From contig OZ059894.1 in NCBI GenBank assembly GCA_964057225.1, positions 22,816,001 to 22,880,000 on the forward strand: a stretch of 64,000 nucleotides of DNA, read 5' to 3'. Positions within the stretch are counted from its first letter, which is position 1, and each line of letters starts with the position of its first letter. Source of the stretch: Auanema rhodensis (lineage: Eukaryota > Animalia > Nematoda). The notes beneath the pieces were generated by a model. It was not told the DNA's origin, did no database searches, and saw nothing but the letters and a program-made list of their open reading frames with translations. Both the position numbers and the translations under genes were made by a program. Shown in pieces: positions 27,200-42,046 of this stretch.

Positions 27200-30100
27200 C
27201 GAATGCACTATACTACATTGAGAAACGCTTAATACAAAAATTAGTTATGATCGTTTGAAAAATGATGCATTAGTGTATGTTGAGTTTCCATGTACACTCA
27301 ACATTGCTTCCAAAAACATTTTGACAAAAATTTTTTCGAAAAATTTCATAATAATTTAGCAAAAAGTAGATGTTTTTAGATTCCATTTTTCAAGGCAAAG
27401 ACGATGGACATTGTTATTCAACGAAAAAATTAATTCTTCAGGGTGAAAATCGAGGATATAAGTGTGAACTTATATCAGTTGATATCTCGGTGCATTTTTA
27501 AGCTAGCGCAAATCTGATAACACAGATCGACGCAGCTTAAAAATCCGCATCGAATGCACTATACCACATTGAGAAACGCTTAATACAAAAATTAGTTATG
27601 ATCGTTTGAAAAATGATGCATTAGTGTATGTTGAGTTTCCATGTACACTCAACATTGCTTCCAAAAACATTTTGACAAAAATTTTTTCGAAAAATTTCAT
27701 AATAATTTAGCAAAAAGTAGATGTTTTTAGATTCCATTTTTCAAGGCAAAGACGATGGACATTGTTATTCAACGAAAAAATTAATTCTTCAGGGTGAAAA
27801 TCGAGGATATAAGTGTGAACTTATATCAGTTGATATCTCGGTGCATTTTTAAGCTAGCGCAAATCTGATAACACAGATCGACGCAGCTTAAAAATCCGCA
27901 TCGAATGCACTATACCACATTGAGAAACGCTTAATACAAAAATTAGTTATGATCGTTTGAAAAATGATGCATTAGTGTATGTTGAGTTTCCATGTACACT
28001 CAACATTGCTTCCAAAAACATTTTGACAAAAATTTTTTCGAAAAATTTCAGAATAATTTAGCAAAAAGTAGATGTTTTTAGATTCCATTTTTCAAGGCAA
28101 AGACGATGGACATTGTTATTCAACAAAAAAATTAATTCTTCAGGGTGAAAATCGAGGATATAAGTGTGAACTTATATCAGTTGATATCTCGGTGCATTTT
28201 TAAGCTAGCGCAAATCTGATAACACAGATCGACGCAGCTTAAAAATCCGCATCGAATGCACTATACTACATTAAGAAACGCTTAATACAAAAATTAGTTA
28301 TGATCGTTTGAAAAATGATGCATTAGTGTATGTTGAGTTTCCATGTACACTCAACATTGCTTCCAAAAACATTTTGACAAAAATTTTTTCGAAAAATTTC
28401 ATAATAATTTAGCAAAAAGTAGATGTTTTTAGATTCCATTTTTCAAGGCAAAGACGATGGACATTGTTATTCAACGAAAAAATTAATTCTTCAGGGTGAA
28501 AATCGAGGATATAAGTGTGAACTTATATCAGTTGATATCTCGGTGCATTTTTAAGCTAGCGCAAATCTGATAACACAGATCGACGCAGCTTAAAAATCCG
28601 CATCGAATGCACTATACCACATTGAGAAACGCTTAATACAAAAATTAGTTATGATCGTTTGAAAAATGATGCATTAGTGTATGTTGAGTTTCCATGTACA
28701 CTCAACATTGCTTCCAAAAACATTTTGACAAAAATTTTTTCGAAAAATTTCAGAATAATTTAGCAAAAAGTAGATGTTTTCAGATTCCTTTTCTCAAGGC
28801 AAAGACGATGGTCAATGTTATTCAACGAAAAAATCAATTCTTCAGGGTGAAAATCGAGGATATAAGTGTGAACTTATATCAGTTGATATCTCGGTGCATT
28901 TTTAAGCTAGCGCAAATCTGATAACACAGATCGACGCAGCTTAAAAATCCGCATCGAATGCACTATACTACATTGAGAAACGCTTAATACAAAAATTAGT
29001 TATGATCGTTTGAAAAATGATGCATTAGTGTATGTTGAGTTTCCATGTACACTCAACATTGCTTCCAAAAACATTTTGACAAAAATTTTTTCGAAAAATT
29101 TCAGAATAATTTAGCAAAAAGTAGATGTTTTTAGATTCCTTTTTTCAAGGCAAAGACGATGGTCAATGTTATTCAACGAAAAAATCAATTCTTCAGGGTG
29201 AAAATCGAGGATATAAGTGTGAACTTATATCAGTTGATATCTCGGTTTATTTTTAAGCTAGCGCAAATCTGATAACACAGATCGACGAGGCTTAAAAATC
29301 CGCATCGAATGCACTATACTATATTGAGAAACGCTTAATACAAAAATTAGTTATGATCGTTTGAAAAATGATGCATTAGTGTATGTTGAGTTTCCATGTA
29401 CACTCAACATTGCTTCCAAAAACATTTTGACAAAAATTTTTTCGAAAAATTTCAGAATAATTTAGCAAAAAGTAGATGTTTTTAGATTCCATTTTTCAAG
29501 GCAAAGACGATGGACATTGTTATTCAACGAAAAAATTAATTCTTCAGGGTGAAAATCGAGGATATAAGTGTGAACTTATATCAGTTGATATCTCGGTTTA
29601 TTTTTAAGCTAGCGCAAATCTGATAACACAGATCGACGAGGCTTAAAAATCCGCATCGAATGCACTATACTATATTGAGAAACGCTTAATACAAAAATTA
29701 GTTATGATCGTTTGAAAAATGATGCATTAGTGTATGTTGAGTTTCCATGTACACTCAACATTGCTTCCAAAAACATTTTGACAAAAATTTTTTCGAAAAA
29801 TTTCAGAATAATTTAGCAAAAAGTAGATGTTTTTAGATTCCATTTTTCAAGGCAAAGACGATGGACATTGTTATTCAACGAAAAAATTAATTCTTCAGGG
29901 TGAAAATCGAGGATATAAGTGTGAACTTATATCAGTTGATATCTCGGTGCATTTTTAAGCTAGCGCAAATCTGATAACACAGATCGACGCAGCTTAAAAA
30001 TCCGCATCGAATGCACTATACCACATTGAGAAACGCTTAATACAAAAATTAGTTATGATCGTTTGAAAAATGATGCATTAGTGTATGTTGAGTTTCCATG

Positions 30101-32450
30101 TACACTCAACATTGCTTCCAAAAACATTTTGACAAAAATTTTTTCGAAAAATTTCATAATAATTTAGCAAAAAGTAGATGTTTTTAGATTCCATTTTTCA
30201 AGGCAAAGACGATGGACATTGTTATTCAACGAAAAAATTAATTCTTCAGGGTGAAAATCGAGGATATAAGTGTGAACTTATATCAGTTGATATCTCGGTG
30301 CATTTTTAAGCTAGCGCAAATCTGATAACACAGATCGACGCAGCTTAAAAATCCGCATCGAATGCACTATACTACATTGAGAAACGCTTAATACAAAAAT
30401 TAGTTATGATCGTTTGAAAAATGATGCATTAGTGTATGTTGAGTTTCCATGTACACTCAACATTGCTTCCAAAAACATTTTGACAAAAATTTTTTCGAAA
30501 AATTTCATAATAATTTAGCAAAAAGTAGATGTTTTTAGATTCCATTTTTCAAGGCAAAGACGATGGACATTGTTATTCAACGAAAAAATTAATTCTTCAG
30601 GGTGAAAATCGAGGATATAAGTGTGAACTTATATCAGTTGATATCTCGGTGCATTTTTAAGCTAGCGCAAATCTGATAACACAGATCGACGCAGCTTAAA
30701 AATCCGCATCGAATGCACTATACCACATTGAGAAACGCTTAATACAAAAATTAGTTATGATCGTTTGAAAAATGATGCATTAGTGTATGTTGAGTTTCCA
30801 TGTACACTCAACATTGCTTCCAAAAACATTTTGACAAAAATTTTTTCGAAAAATTTCAGAATAATTTAGCAAAAAGTAGATGTTTTCAGATTCCTTTTCT
30901 CAAGGCAAAGACGATGGTCAATGTTATTCAACGAAAAAATCAATTCTTCAGGGTGAAAATCGAGGATATAAGTGTGAACTTATATCAGTTGATATCTCGG
31001 TGCATTTTTAAGCTAGCGCAAATCTGATAACACAGATCGACGCAGCTTAAAAATCCGCATCGAATGCACTATACTACATTGAGAAACGCTTAATACAAAA
31101 ATTAGTTATGATCGTTTGAAAAATGATGCATTAGTGTATGTTGAGTTTCCATGTACACTCAACATTGCTTCCAAAAACATTTTGACAAAAATTTTTTCGA
31201 AAAATTTCATAATAATTTAGCAAAAAGTAGATGTTTTTAGATTCCATTTTTCAAGGCAAAGACGATGGACATTGTTATTCAACGAAAAAATTAATTCTTC
31301 AGGGTGAAAATCGAGGATATAAGTGTGAAATTTCGAAAAATTTCATAATAATTTAGCAAAAAGTAGATGTTTTTAGATTCCATTTTTCAAGGCAAAGACG
31401 ATGGACATTGTTATTCAACGAAAAAATTAATTCTTCAGGGTGAAAATCGAGGATATAAGTGTGAACTTATATCAGTTGATATCTCGGTGCATTTTTAAGC
31501 TAGCGCAAATCTGATAACACAGATCGACGCAGCTTAAAAATCCGCATCGAATGCACTATACCACATTGAAAAACGCTTAATACAAAAATTAGTTATGATC
31601 GTTTGAAAAATGATGCATTAGTGTATGTTGAGTTTCCATGTACACTCAACATTGCTTCCAAAAACATTTTGACAAAAATTTTTTCGAAAAATTTCAGAAT
31701 AATTTAGCAAAAAGTAGATGTTTTCAGATTCCTTTTCTCAAGGCAAAGACGATGGTCAATGTTATTCAACAAAAAAATCAATTCTTCAGGGTGAAAATCG
31801 AGGATATAAGTGTGAACTTATATCAGTTGATATCTCGGTGCATTTTTAAGCTAGCGCAAATCTGATAACACAGATCGACGCAGCTTAAAAATCCGCATCG
31901 AATGCACTATACTACATTGAGAAACGCTTAATACAAAAATTAGTTATGATCGTTTGAAAAATGATGCATTAGTGTATGTTGAGTTTCCATGTACACTCAA
32001 CATTGCTTCCAAAAACATTTTGACAAAAATTTTTTCGAAAAATTTCATAATAATTTAGCAAAAAGTAGATGTTTTTAGATTCCATTTTTCAAGGCAAAGA
32101 CGATGGACATTGTTATTCAACGAAAAAATTAATTCTTCAGGGTGAAAATCGAGGATATAAGTGTGAACTTATATCAGTTGATATCTCGGTGCATTTTTAA
32201 GCTAGCGCAAATCTGATAACACAGATCGACGCAGCTTAAAAATCCGCATCGAATGCACTATACCACATTGAGAAACGCTTAATACAAAAATTAGTTATGA
32301 TCGTTTGAAAAATGATGCATTAGTGTATGTTGAGTTTCCATGTACACTCAACATTGCTTCCAAAAACATTTTGACAAAAATTTTTTCGAAAAATTTCAGA
32401 ATAATTTAGCAAAAAGTAGATGTTTTCAGATTCCTTTTCTCAAGGCAAAG
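27200..32450. repeat. Transitional variant domain B (boundaries approximate)
   Basis: TTTCATAAT, GGACATTG, TACCACATT and TTTTCAGATTCCTTTTCTC variants cluster here; CCTTTT/GGTCAATG first appear near 28790-28812. Confidence 0.75.
31240..31375. repeat. Truncated 136-bp monomer (net 215-bp deletion), junction at 31330
   Basis: AAGTGTGAA-A-TTTCGAAAAA joins monomer position 90 to 307; ORF spacing 30800 to 31638 = 2x351+136. Confidence 0.96.
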
Positions 32451-35400
32451 ACGATGGTCAATGTTATTCAACGAAAAAATCAATTCTTCAGGGTGAAAAT
32501 CGAGGATATAAGTGTGAACTTATATCAGTTGATATCTCGGTGCATTTTTAAGCTAGCGCAAATCTGATAACACAGATCGACGCAGCTTAAAAATCCGCAT
32601 CGAATGCACTATACTACATTGAGAAACGCTTAATACAAAAATTAGTTATGATCGTTTGAAAAATGATGCATTAGTGTATGTTGAGTTTCCATGTACACTC
32701 AACATTGCTTCCAAAAACATTTTGACAAAAATTTTTTCGAAAAATTTCAGAATAATTTAGCAAAAAGTAGATGTTTTTAGATTCCTTTTTTCAAGGCAAA
32801 GACGATGGTCAATGTTATTCAACGAAAAAATCAATTCTTCAGGGTGAAAATCGAGGATATAAGTGTGAACTTATATCAGTTGATATCTCGGTTTATTTTT
32901 AAGCTAGCGCAAATCTGATAACACAGATCGACGAGGCTTAAAAATCCGCATCGAATGCACTATACTATATTGAGAAACGCTTAATACAAAAATTAGTTAT
33001 GATCGTTTGAAAAATGATGCATTAGTGTATGTTGAGTTTCCATGTACACTCAACATTGCTTCCAAAAACATTTTGACAAAAATTTTTTCGAAAAATTTCA
33101 GAATAATTTAGCAAAAAGTAGATGTTTTTAGATTCCTTTTTTCAAGGCAAAGACGATGGTCAATGTTATTCAACGAAAAAATCAATTCTTCAGGGTGAAA
33201 ATCGAGGATATAAGTGTGAACTTATATCAGTTGATATCTCGGTGCATTTTTAAGCTAGCGCAAATCTGATAACACAGATCGACGCAGCTTAAAAATCCGC
33301 ATCGAATGCACTATACTACATTGAGAAACGCTTAATACAAAAATTAGTTATGATCGTTTGAAAAATGATGCATTAGTGTATGTTGAGTTTCCATGTACAC
33401 TCAACATTGCTTCCAAAAACATTTTGACAAAAATTTTTTCGAAAAATTTCAGAATAATTTAGCAAAAAGTAGATGTTTTTAGATTCCTTTTTTCAAGGCA
33501 AAGACGATGGTCAATGTTATTCAACGAAAAAATCAATTCTTCAGGGTGAAAATCGAGGATATAAGTGTGAACTTATATCAGTTGATATCTCGGTTTATTT
33601 TTAAGCTAGCGCAAATCTGATAACACAGATCGACGAGGCTTAAAAATCCGCATCGAATGCACTATACTATATTGAGAAACGCTTAATACAAAAATTAGTT
33701 ATGATCGTTTGAAAAATGATGCATTAGTGTATGTTGAGTTTCCATGTACACTCAACATTGCTTCCAAAAACATTTTGACAAAAATTTTTTCGAAAAATTT
33801 CAAAATAATTTAGCAAAAAGTAGATGTTTTTAGATTCCTTTTTTCAAGGCAAAGACGATGGTCAATGTTATTCAACGAAAAAATCAATTCTTCAGGGTGA
33901 AAATCGAGGATATAAGTGTGAACTTATATCAGTTGATATCTCGGTGCATTTTTAAGCTAGCGCAAATCTGATAACACAGATCGACGCAGCTTAAAAATCC
34001 GCATCGAATGCACTATACTACATTAAGAAACGCTTAATACAAAAATTAGTTATGATCGTTTGAAAAATGATGCATTAGTGTATGTTGAGTTTCCATGTAC
34101 ACTCAACATTGCTTCCAAAAACATTTTGACAAAAATTTTTTCGAAAAATTTCAAAATAATTTAGCAAAAAGTAGATGTTTTTAGATTCCTTTTTTCAAGG
34201 CAAAGACGATGGACAATGTTATTCAACGAAAAAATTAATTCTTCAGGGTGAAAATCGAGGATATAAGTGTGAACTTATATCAGTTGATATCTCGGTGCAT
34301 TTTTAAGTTAGCGCAAATCTGATAACACAGATCGACGAGGCTTAAAAATCCGCATCGAATGCACTATACTATATTGAGAAACGCTTAATACAAAAATTAG
34401 TTATGATCGTTTGAAAAATGATGCATTAGTGTATGTTGAGTTTCCATGTACACTCAACATTGCTTCCAAAAACATTTTGACAAAAATTTTTTCGAAAAAT
34501 TTCAGAATAATTTAGCAAAAAGTAGATGTTTTTAGATTCCTTTTTTCAAGGCAAAGACGATGGTCAATGTTATTCAACGAAAAAATCAATTCTTCAGGGT
34601 GAAAATCGAGGATATAAGTGTGAACTTATATCAGTTGATATCTCGGTGCATTTTTAAGCTAGCGCAAATCTGATAACACAGATCGACGCAGCTTAAAAAT
34701 CCGCATCGAATGCACTATACTACATTGAGAAACGCTTAATACAAAAATTAGTTATGATCGTTTGAAAAATGATGCATTAGTGTATGTTGAGTTTCCATGT
34801 ACACTCAACATTGCTTCCAAAAACATTTTGACAAAAATTTTTTCGAAAAATTTCAGAATAATTTAGCAAAAAGTAGATGTTTTTAGATTCCTTTTTTCAA
34901 GGCAAAGACGATGGTCAATGTTATTCAACGAAAAAATCAATTCTTCAGGGTGAAAATCGAGGATATAAGTGTGAACTTATATCAGTTGATATCTCGGTGC
35001 ATTTTTAAGCTAGCGCAAATCTGATAACACAGATCGACGCAGCTTAAAAATCCGCATCGAATGCACTATACTACATTGAGAAACGCTTAATACAAAAATT
35101 AGTTATGATCGTTTGAAAAATGATGCATTAGTGTATGTTGAGTTTCCATGTACACTCAACATTGCTTCCAAAAACATTTTGACAAAAATTTTTTCGAAAA
35201 ATTTCAGAATAATTTAGCAAAAACTAGATGTTTTCAGATTCCTTTTTTTCAAGGCAAAGACGATGGTCAATGTTATTCAACGAAAAAATCAATTCTTCAG
35301 GGTGAAAATCGAGGATATAAGTGTGAACTTATATCAGTTGATATCTCGGTGCATTTTTAAGCTAGCGCAAATCTGATAACACAGATCGACGCAGCTTAAA

Positions 35401-38400
35401 AATCCGCATCGAATGCACTATACTACATTAAGAAACGCTTAATACAAAAATTAGTTATGATCGTTTGAAAAATGATGCATTAGTGTATGTTGAGTTTCCA
35501 TGTACACTCAACATTGCTTCCAAAAACATTTTGACAAAAATTTTTTCGAAAAATTTCAAAATAATTTAGCAAAAAGTAGATGTTTTTAGATTCCTTTTTT
35601 CAAGGCAAAGACGATGGACAATGTTATTCAACGAAAAAATTAATTCTTCAGGGTGAAAATCGAGGATATAAGTGTGAACTTATATCAGTTGATATCTCGG
35701 TGCATTTTTAAGTTAGCGCAAATCTGATAACACAGATCGACGAGGCTTAAAAATCCGCATCGAATGCACTATACTATATTGAGAAACGCTTAATACAAAA
35801 ATTAGTTATGATCGTTTGAAAAATGATGCATTAGTGTATGTTGAGTTTCCATGTACACTCAACATTGCTTCCAAAAACATTTTGACAAAAATTTTTTCGA
35901 AAAATTTCAGAATAATTTAGCAAAAAGTAGATGTTTTTAGATTCCTTTTTTCAAGGCAAAGACGATGGTCAATGTTATTCAACGAAAAAATCAATTCTTC
36001 AGGGTGAAAATCGAGGATATAAGTGTGAACTTATATCAGTTGATATCTCGGTGCATTTTTAAGCTAGCGCAAATCTGATAACACAGATCGACGCAGCTTA
36101 AAAATCCGCATCGAATGCACTATACTACATTGAGAAACGCTTAATACAAAAATTAGTTATGATCGTTTGAAAAATGATGCATTAGTGTATGTTGAGTTTC
36201 CATGTACACTCAACATTGCTTCCAAAAACATTTTGACAAAAATTTTTTCGAAAAATTTCAGAATAATTTAGCAAAAACTAGATGTTTTCAGATTCCTTTT
36301 TTTCAAGGCAAAGACGATGGTCAATGTTATTCAACGAAAAAATCAATTCTTCAGGGTGAAAATCGAGGATATAAGTGTGAACTTATATCAGTTGATATCT
36401 CGGTGCATTTTTAAGCTAGCGCAAATCTGATAACACAGATCGACGCAGCTTAAAAATCCGCATCGAATGCACTATACTACATTGAGAAACGCTTAATACA
36501 AAAATTAGTTATGATCGTTTGAAAAATGATGCATTAGTGTATGTTGAGTTTCCATGTACACTCAACATTGCTTCCAAAAACATTTTGACAAAAATTTTTT
36601 CGAAAAATTTCAGAATAATTTAGCAAAAAGTAGATGTTTTTAGATTCCTTTTTTCAAGGCAAAGACGATGGTCAATGTTATTCAACGAAAAAATCAATTC
36701 TTCAGGGTGAAAATCGAGGATATAAGTGTGAACTTATATCAGTTGATATCTCGGTTTATTTTTAAGCTAGCGCAAATCTGATAACACAGATCGACGAGGC
36801 TTAAAAATCCGCATCGAATGCACTATACTATATTGAGAAACGCTTAATACAAAAATTAGTTATGATCGTTTGAAAAATGATGCATTAGTGTATGTTGAGT
36901 TTCCATGTACACTCAACATTGCTTCCAAAAACATTTTGACAAAAATTTTTTCGAAAAATTTCAGAATAATTTAGCAAAAAGTAGATGTTTTTAGATTCCT
37001 TTTTTCAAGGCAAAGACGATGGTCAATGTTATTCAACGAAAAAATCAATTCTTCAGGGTGAAAATCGAGGATATAAGTGTGAACTTATATCAGTTGATAT
37101 CTCGGTGCATTTTTAAGCTAGCGCAAATCTGATAACACAGATCGACGCAGCTTAAAAATCCGCATCGAATGCACTATACTACATTGAGAAACGCTTAATA
37201 CAAAAATTAGTTATGATCGTTTGAAAAATGATGCATTAGTGTATGTTGAGTTTCCATGTACACTCAACATTGCTTCCAAAAACATTTTGACAAAAATTTT
37301 TTCGAAAAATTTCAGAATAATTTAGCAAAAAGTAGATGTTTTTAGATTCCTTTTTTCAAGGCAAAGACGATGGTCAATGTTATTCAACGAAAAAATCAAT
37401 TCTTCAGGGTGAAAATCGAGGATATAAGTGTGAACTTATATCAGTTGATATCTCGGTTTATTTTTAAGCTAGCGCAAATCTGATAACACAGATCGACGAG
37501 GCTTAAAAATCCGCATCGAATGCACTATACTATATTGAGAAACGCTTAATACAAAAATTAGTTATGATCGTTTGAAAAATGATGCATTAGTGTATGTTGA
37601 GTTTCCATGTACACTCAACATTGCTTCCAAAAACATTTTGACAAAAATTTTTTCGAAAAATTTCAGAATAATTTAGCAAAAAGTAGATGTTTTTAGATTC
37701 CTTTTTTCAAGGCAAAGACGATGGTCAATGTTATTCAACGAAAAAATCAATTCTTCAGGGTGAAAATCGAGGATATAAGTGTGAACTTATATCAGTTGAT
37801 ATCTCGGTGCATTTTTAAGCTAGCGCAAATCTGATAACACAGATCGACGCAGCTTAAAAATCCGCATCGAATGCACTATACTACATTAAGAAACGCTTAA
37901 TACAAAAATTAGTTATGATCGTTTGAAAAATGATGCATTAGTGTATGTTGAGTTTCCATGTACACTCAACATTGCTTCCAAAAACATTTTGACAAAAATT
38001 TTTTCGAAAAATTTCAAAATAATTTAGCAAAAAGTAGATGTTTTTAGATTCCTTTTTTCAAGGCAAAGACGATGGACAATGTTATTCAACGAAAAAATTA
38101 ATTCTTCAGGGTGAAAATCGAGGATATAAGTGTGAACTTATATCAGTTGATATCTCGGTGCATTTTTAAGTTAGCGCAAATCTGATAACACAGATCGACG
38201 AGGCTTAAAAATCCGCATCGAATGCACTATACTATATTGAGAAACGCTTAATACAAAAATTAGTTATGATCGTTTGAAAAATGATGCATTAGTGTATGTT
38301 GAGTTTCCATGTACACTCAACATTGCTTCCAAAAACATTTTGACAAAAATTTTTTCGAAAAATTTCAGAATAATTTAGCAAAAAGTAGATGTTTTTAGAT

Positions 38401-40490
38401 TCCTTTTTTCAAGGCAAAGACGATGGTCAATGTTATTCAACGAAAAAATCAATTCTTCAGGGTGAAAATCGAGGATATAAGTGTGAACTTATATCAGTTG
38501 ATATCTCGGTGCATTTTTAAGCTAGCGCAAATCTGATAACACAGATCGACGCAGCTTAAAAATCCGCATCGAATGCACTATACTACATTGAGAAACGCTT
38601 AATACAAAAATTAGTTATGATCGTTTGAAAAATGATGCATTAGTGTATGTTGAGTTTCCATGTACACTCAACATTGCTTCCAAAAACATTTTGACAAAAA
38701 TTTTTTCGAAAAATTTCAGAATAATTTAGCAAAAAGTAGATGTTTTTAGATTCCTTTTTTCAAGGCAAAGACGATGGTCAATGTTATTCAACGAAAAAAT
38801 CAATTCTTCAGGGTGAAAATCGAGGATATAAGTGTGAACTTATATCAGTTGATATCTCGGTGCATTTTTAAGCTAGCGCAAATCTGATAACACAGATCGA
38901 CGCAGCTTAAAAATCCGCATCGAATGCACTATACTACATTGAGAAACGCTTAATACAAAAATTAGTTATGATCGTTTGAAAAATGATGCATTAGTGTATG
39001 TTGAGTTTCCATGTACACTCAACATTGCTTCCAAAAACATTTTGACAAAAATTTTTTCGAAAAATTTCAGAATAATTTAGCAAAAACTAGATGTTTTCAG
39101 ATTCCTTTTTTTCAAGGCAAAGACGATGGTCAATGTTATTCAACGAAAAAATCAATTCTTCAGGGTGAAAATCGAGGATATAAGTGTGAACTTATATCAG
39201 TTGATATCTCGGTGCATTTTTAAGCTAGCGCAAATCTGATAACACAGATCGACGCAGCTTAAAAATCCGCATCGAATGCACTATACTACATTAAGAAACG
39301 CTTAATACAAAAATTAGTTATGATCGTTTGAAAAATGATGCATTAGTGTATGTTGAGTTTCCATGTACACTCAACATTGCTTCCAAAAACATTTTGACAA
39401 AAATTTTTTCGAAAAATTTCAAAATAATTTAGCAAAAAGTAGATGTTTTTAGATTCCTTTTTTCAAGGCAAAGACGATGGACAATGTTATTCAACGAAAA
39501 AATTAATTCTTCAGGGTGAAAATCGAGGATATAAGTGTGAACTTATATCAGTTGATATCTCGGTGCATTTTTAAGTTAGCGCAAATCTGATAACACAGAT
39601 CGACGAGGCTTAAAAATCCGCATCGAATGCACTATACTATATTGAGAAACGCTTAATACAAAAATTAGTTATGATCGTTTGAAAAATGATGCATTAGTGT
39701 ATGTTGAGTTTCCATGTACACTCAACATTGCTTCCAAAAACATTTTGACAAAAATTTTTTCGAAAAATTTCAGAATAATTTAGCAAAAAGTAGATGTTTT
39801 TAGATTCCTTTTTTCAAGGCAAAGACGATGGTCAATGTTATTCAACGAAAAAATCAATTCTTCAGGGTGAAAATCGAGGATATAAGTGTGAACTTATATC
39901 AGTTGATATCTCGGTGCATTTTTAAGCTAGCGCAAATCTGATAACACAGATCGACGCAGCTTAAAAATCCGCATCGAATGCACTATACTACATTGAGAAA
40001 CGCTTAATACAAAAATTAGTTATGATCGTTTGAAAAATGATGCATTAGTGTATGTTGAGTTTCCATGTACACTCAACATTGCTTCCAAAAACATTTTGAC
40101 AAAAATTTTTTCGAAAAATTTCAGAATAATTTAGCAAAAACTAGATGTTTTCAGATTCCTTTTTTTCAAGGCAAAGACGATGGTCAATGTTATTCAACGA
40201 AAAAATCAATTCTTCAGGGTGAAAATCGAGGATATAAGTGTGAACTTATATCAGTTGATATCTCGGTGCATTTTTAAGCTAGCGCAAATCTGATAACACA
40301 GATCGACGCAGCTTAAAAATCCGCATCGAATGCACTATACTACATTGAGAAACGCTTAATACAAAAATTAGTTATGATCGTTTGAAAAATGATGCATTAG
40401 TGTATGTTGAGTTTCCATGTACACTCAACATTGCTTCCAAAAACATTTTGACAAAAATTTTTTCGAAAAATTTCAGAATAATTTAGCAAA
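32445..40490. repeat. Higher-order tandem duplication, 11-monomer unit (3863 bp)
   Basis: Markers offset by 3863: GGTTTAT 32891/36754 and 33591/37454; 352-bp units 35148/39011 and 36202/40065. Confidence 0.85.
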
Positions 40491-41910
40491 AACTAGATGT
40501 TTTCAGATTCCTTTTTTTCAAGGCAAAGACGATGGTCAATGTTATTCAACGAAAAAATCAATTCTTCAGGGTGAAAATCGAGGATATAAGTGTGAACTTA
40601 TATCAGTTGATATCTCGGTGCATTTTTAAGCTAGCGCAAATCTGATAACACAGATCGACGCAGCTTAAAAATCCGCATCGAATGCACTATACTACATTAA
40701 GAAACGCTTAATACAAAAATTAGTTATGATCGTTTGAAAAATGATGCATTAGTGTATGTTGAGTTTCCATGTACACTCAACATTGCTTCCAAAAACATTT
40801 TGACAAAAATTTTTTCGAAAAATTTCAAAATAATTTAGCAAAAAGTAGATGTTTTTAGATTCCTTTTTTCAAGGCAAAGACGATGGACAATGTTATTCAA
40901 CGAAAAAATTAATTCTTCAGGGTGAAAATCGAGGATATAAGTGTGAACTTATATCAGTTGATATCTCGGTGCATTTTTAAGTTAGCGCAAATCTGATAAC
41001 ACAGATCGACGCAGCTTAAAAATCCGCATCGAATGCACTATACTACATTAAGAAACGCTTAATACAAAAATTAGTTATGATCGTTTGAAAAATGATGCAT
41101 TAGTGTATGTTGAGTTTCCATGTACACTCAACATTGCTTCCAAAAACATTTTGACAAAAATTTTTTCGAAAAATTTCAAAATAATTTAGCAAAAAGTAGA
41201 TGTTTTTAGATTCCTTTTTTCAAGGCAAAGACGATGGACAATGTTATTCAACGAAAAAATTAATTCTTCAGGGTGAAAATCGAGGATATAAGTGTGAACT
41301 TATATCAGTTGATATCTCGGTGCATTTTTAAGCTAGCGCAAATCTGATAACACAGATCGACGCAGCTTAAAAATCCGCATCGAATGCACTATACTACATT
41401 GAGAAACGCTTGATACAAAAATTAGTTATGATCGTTTGAAAAATGATGCATTAGTGTATGTTGAGTTTCCATGTACACTCAACATTGCTTCCAAAAACAT
41501 TTTGACAAAAATTTTTTCGAAAAATTTCAGAATAATTTAGCAAAAAGTAGATGTTTTTAGATTCCTTTTTTCAAGGCAAAGACGATGGTCAATGTTATTC
41601 AACGAAAAAATCAATTCTTCAGGGTGAAAATCGAGGATATAAGTGTGAACTTATATCAGTTGATATCTCGGTGCATTTTTAAGCTAGCGCAAATCTGATA
41701 ACACAGATCGACGCAGCTTAAAAATCCGCATCGAATGCACTATACTACATTAAGAAACGCTTAATACAAAAATTAGTTATTATCGTTTGAAAAATGATGC
41801 ATTAGTGTATGTTGAGTTTCCATGTACACTCAACATTGCTTCCAAAAACATTTTGACAAAAATTTTTTCGAAAAATTTCAAAATAATTTAGCAAAAAGTA
41901 GATGTTTTTA

Positions 41911-42046
41911 GATTCCTTTTTTCAAGGCAAAGACGATGGACAATGTTATTCAACGAAAAAATTAATTCTTCAGGGTGAAAATCGAGGATATAAGTGTGAA
42001 ATTTCGAAAAATTTCATAATAATTTAGCAAAAAGTAGATGTTTTTA
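41911..42046. repeat. Truncated 136-bp monomer, junction at 42001
   Basis: Identical junction TAAGTGTGAA-ATTTCGAAAAATTTCATAAT. Confidence 0.96.

Larger units (their letters stand above)
1..27200. repeat. Variant domain A of the array (boundary approximate)
   Basis: Monomers carry GATTCCATT, GGACAATG; frequent CGATTAAT, AAAAAATAG (last near 24785), AATTCAGC+GATGATTTT, TTAACAATCC, TAGCGAAAA; strictly 351-bp period. Confidence 0.8.
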
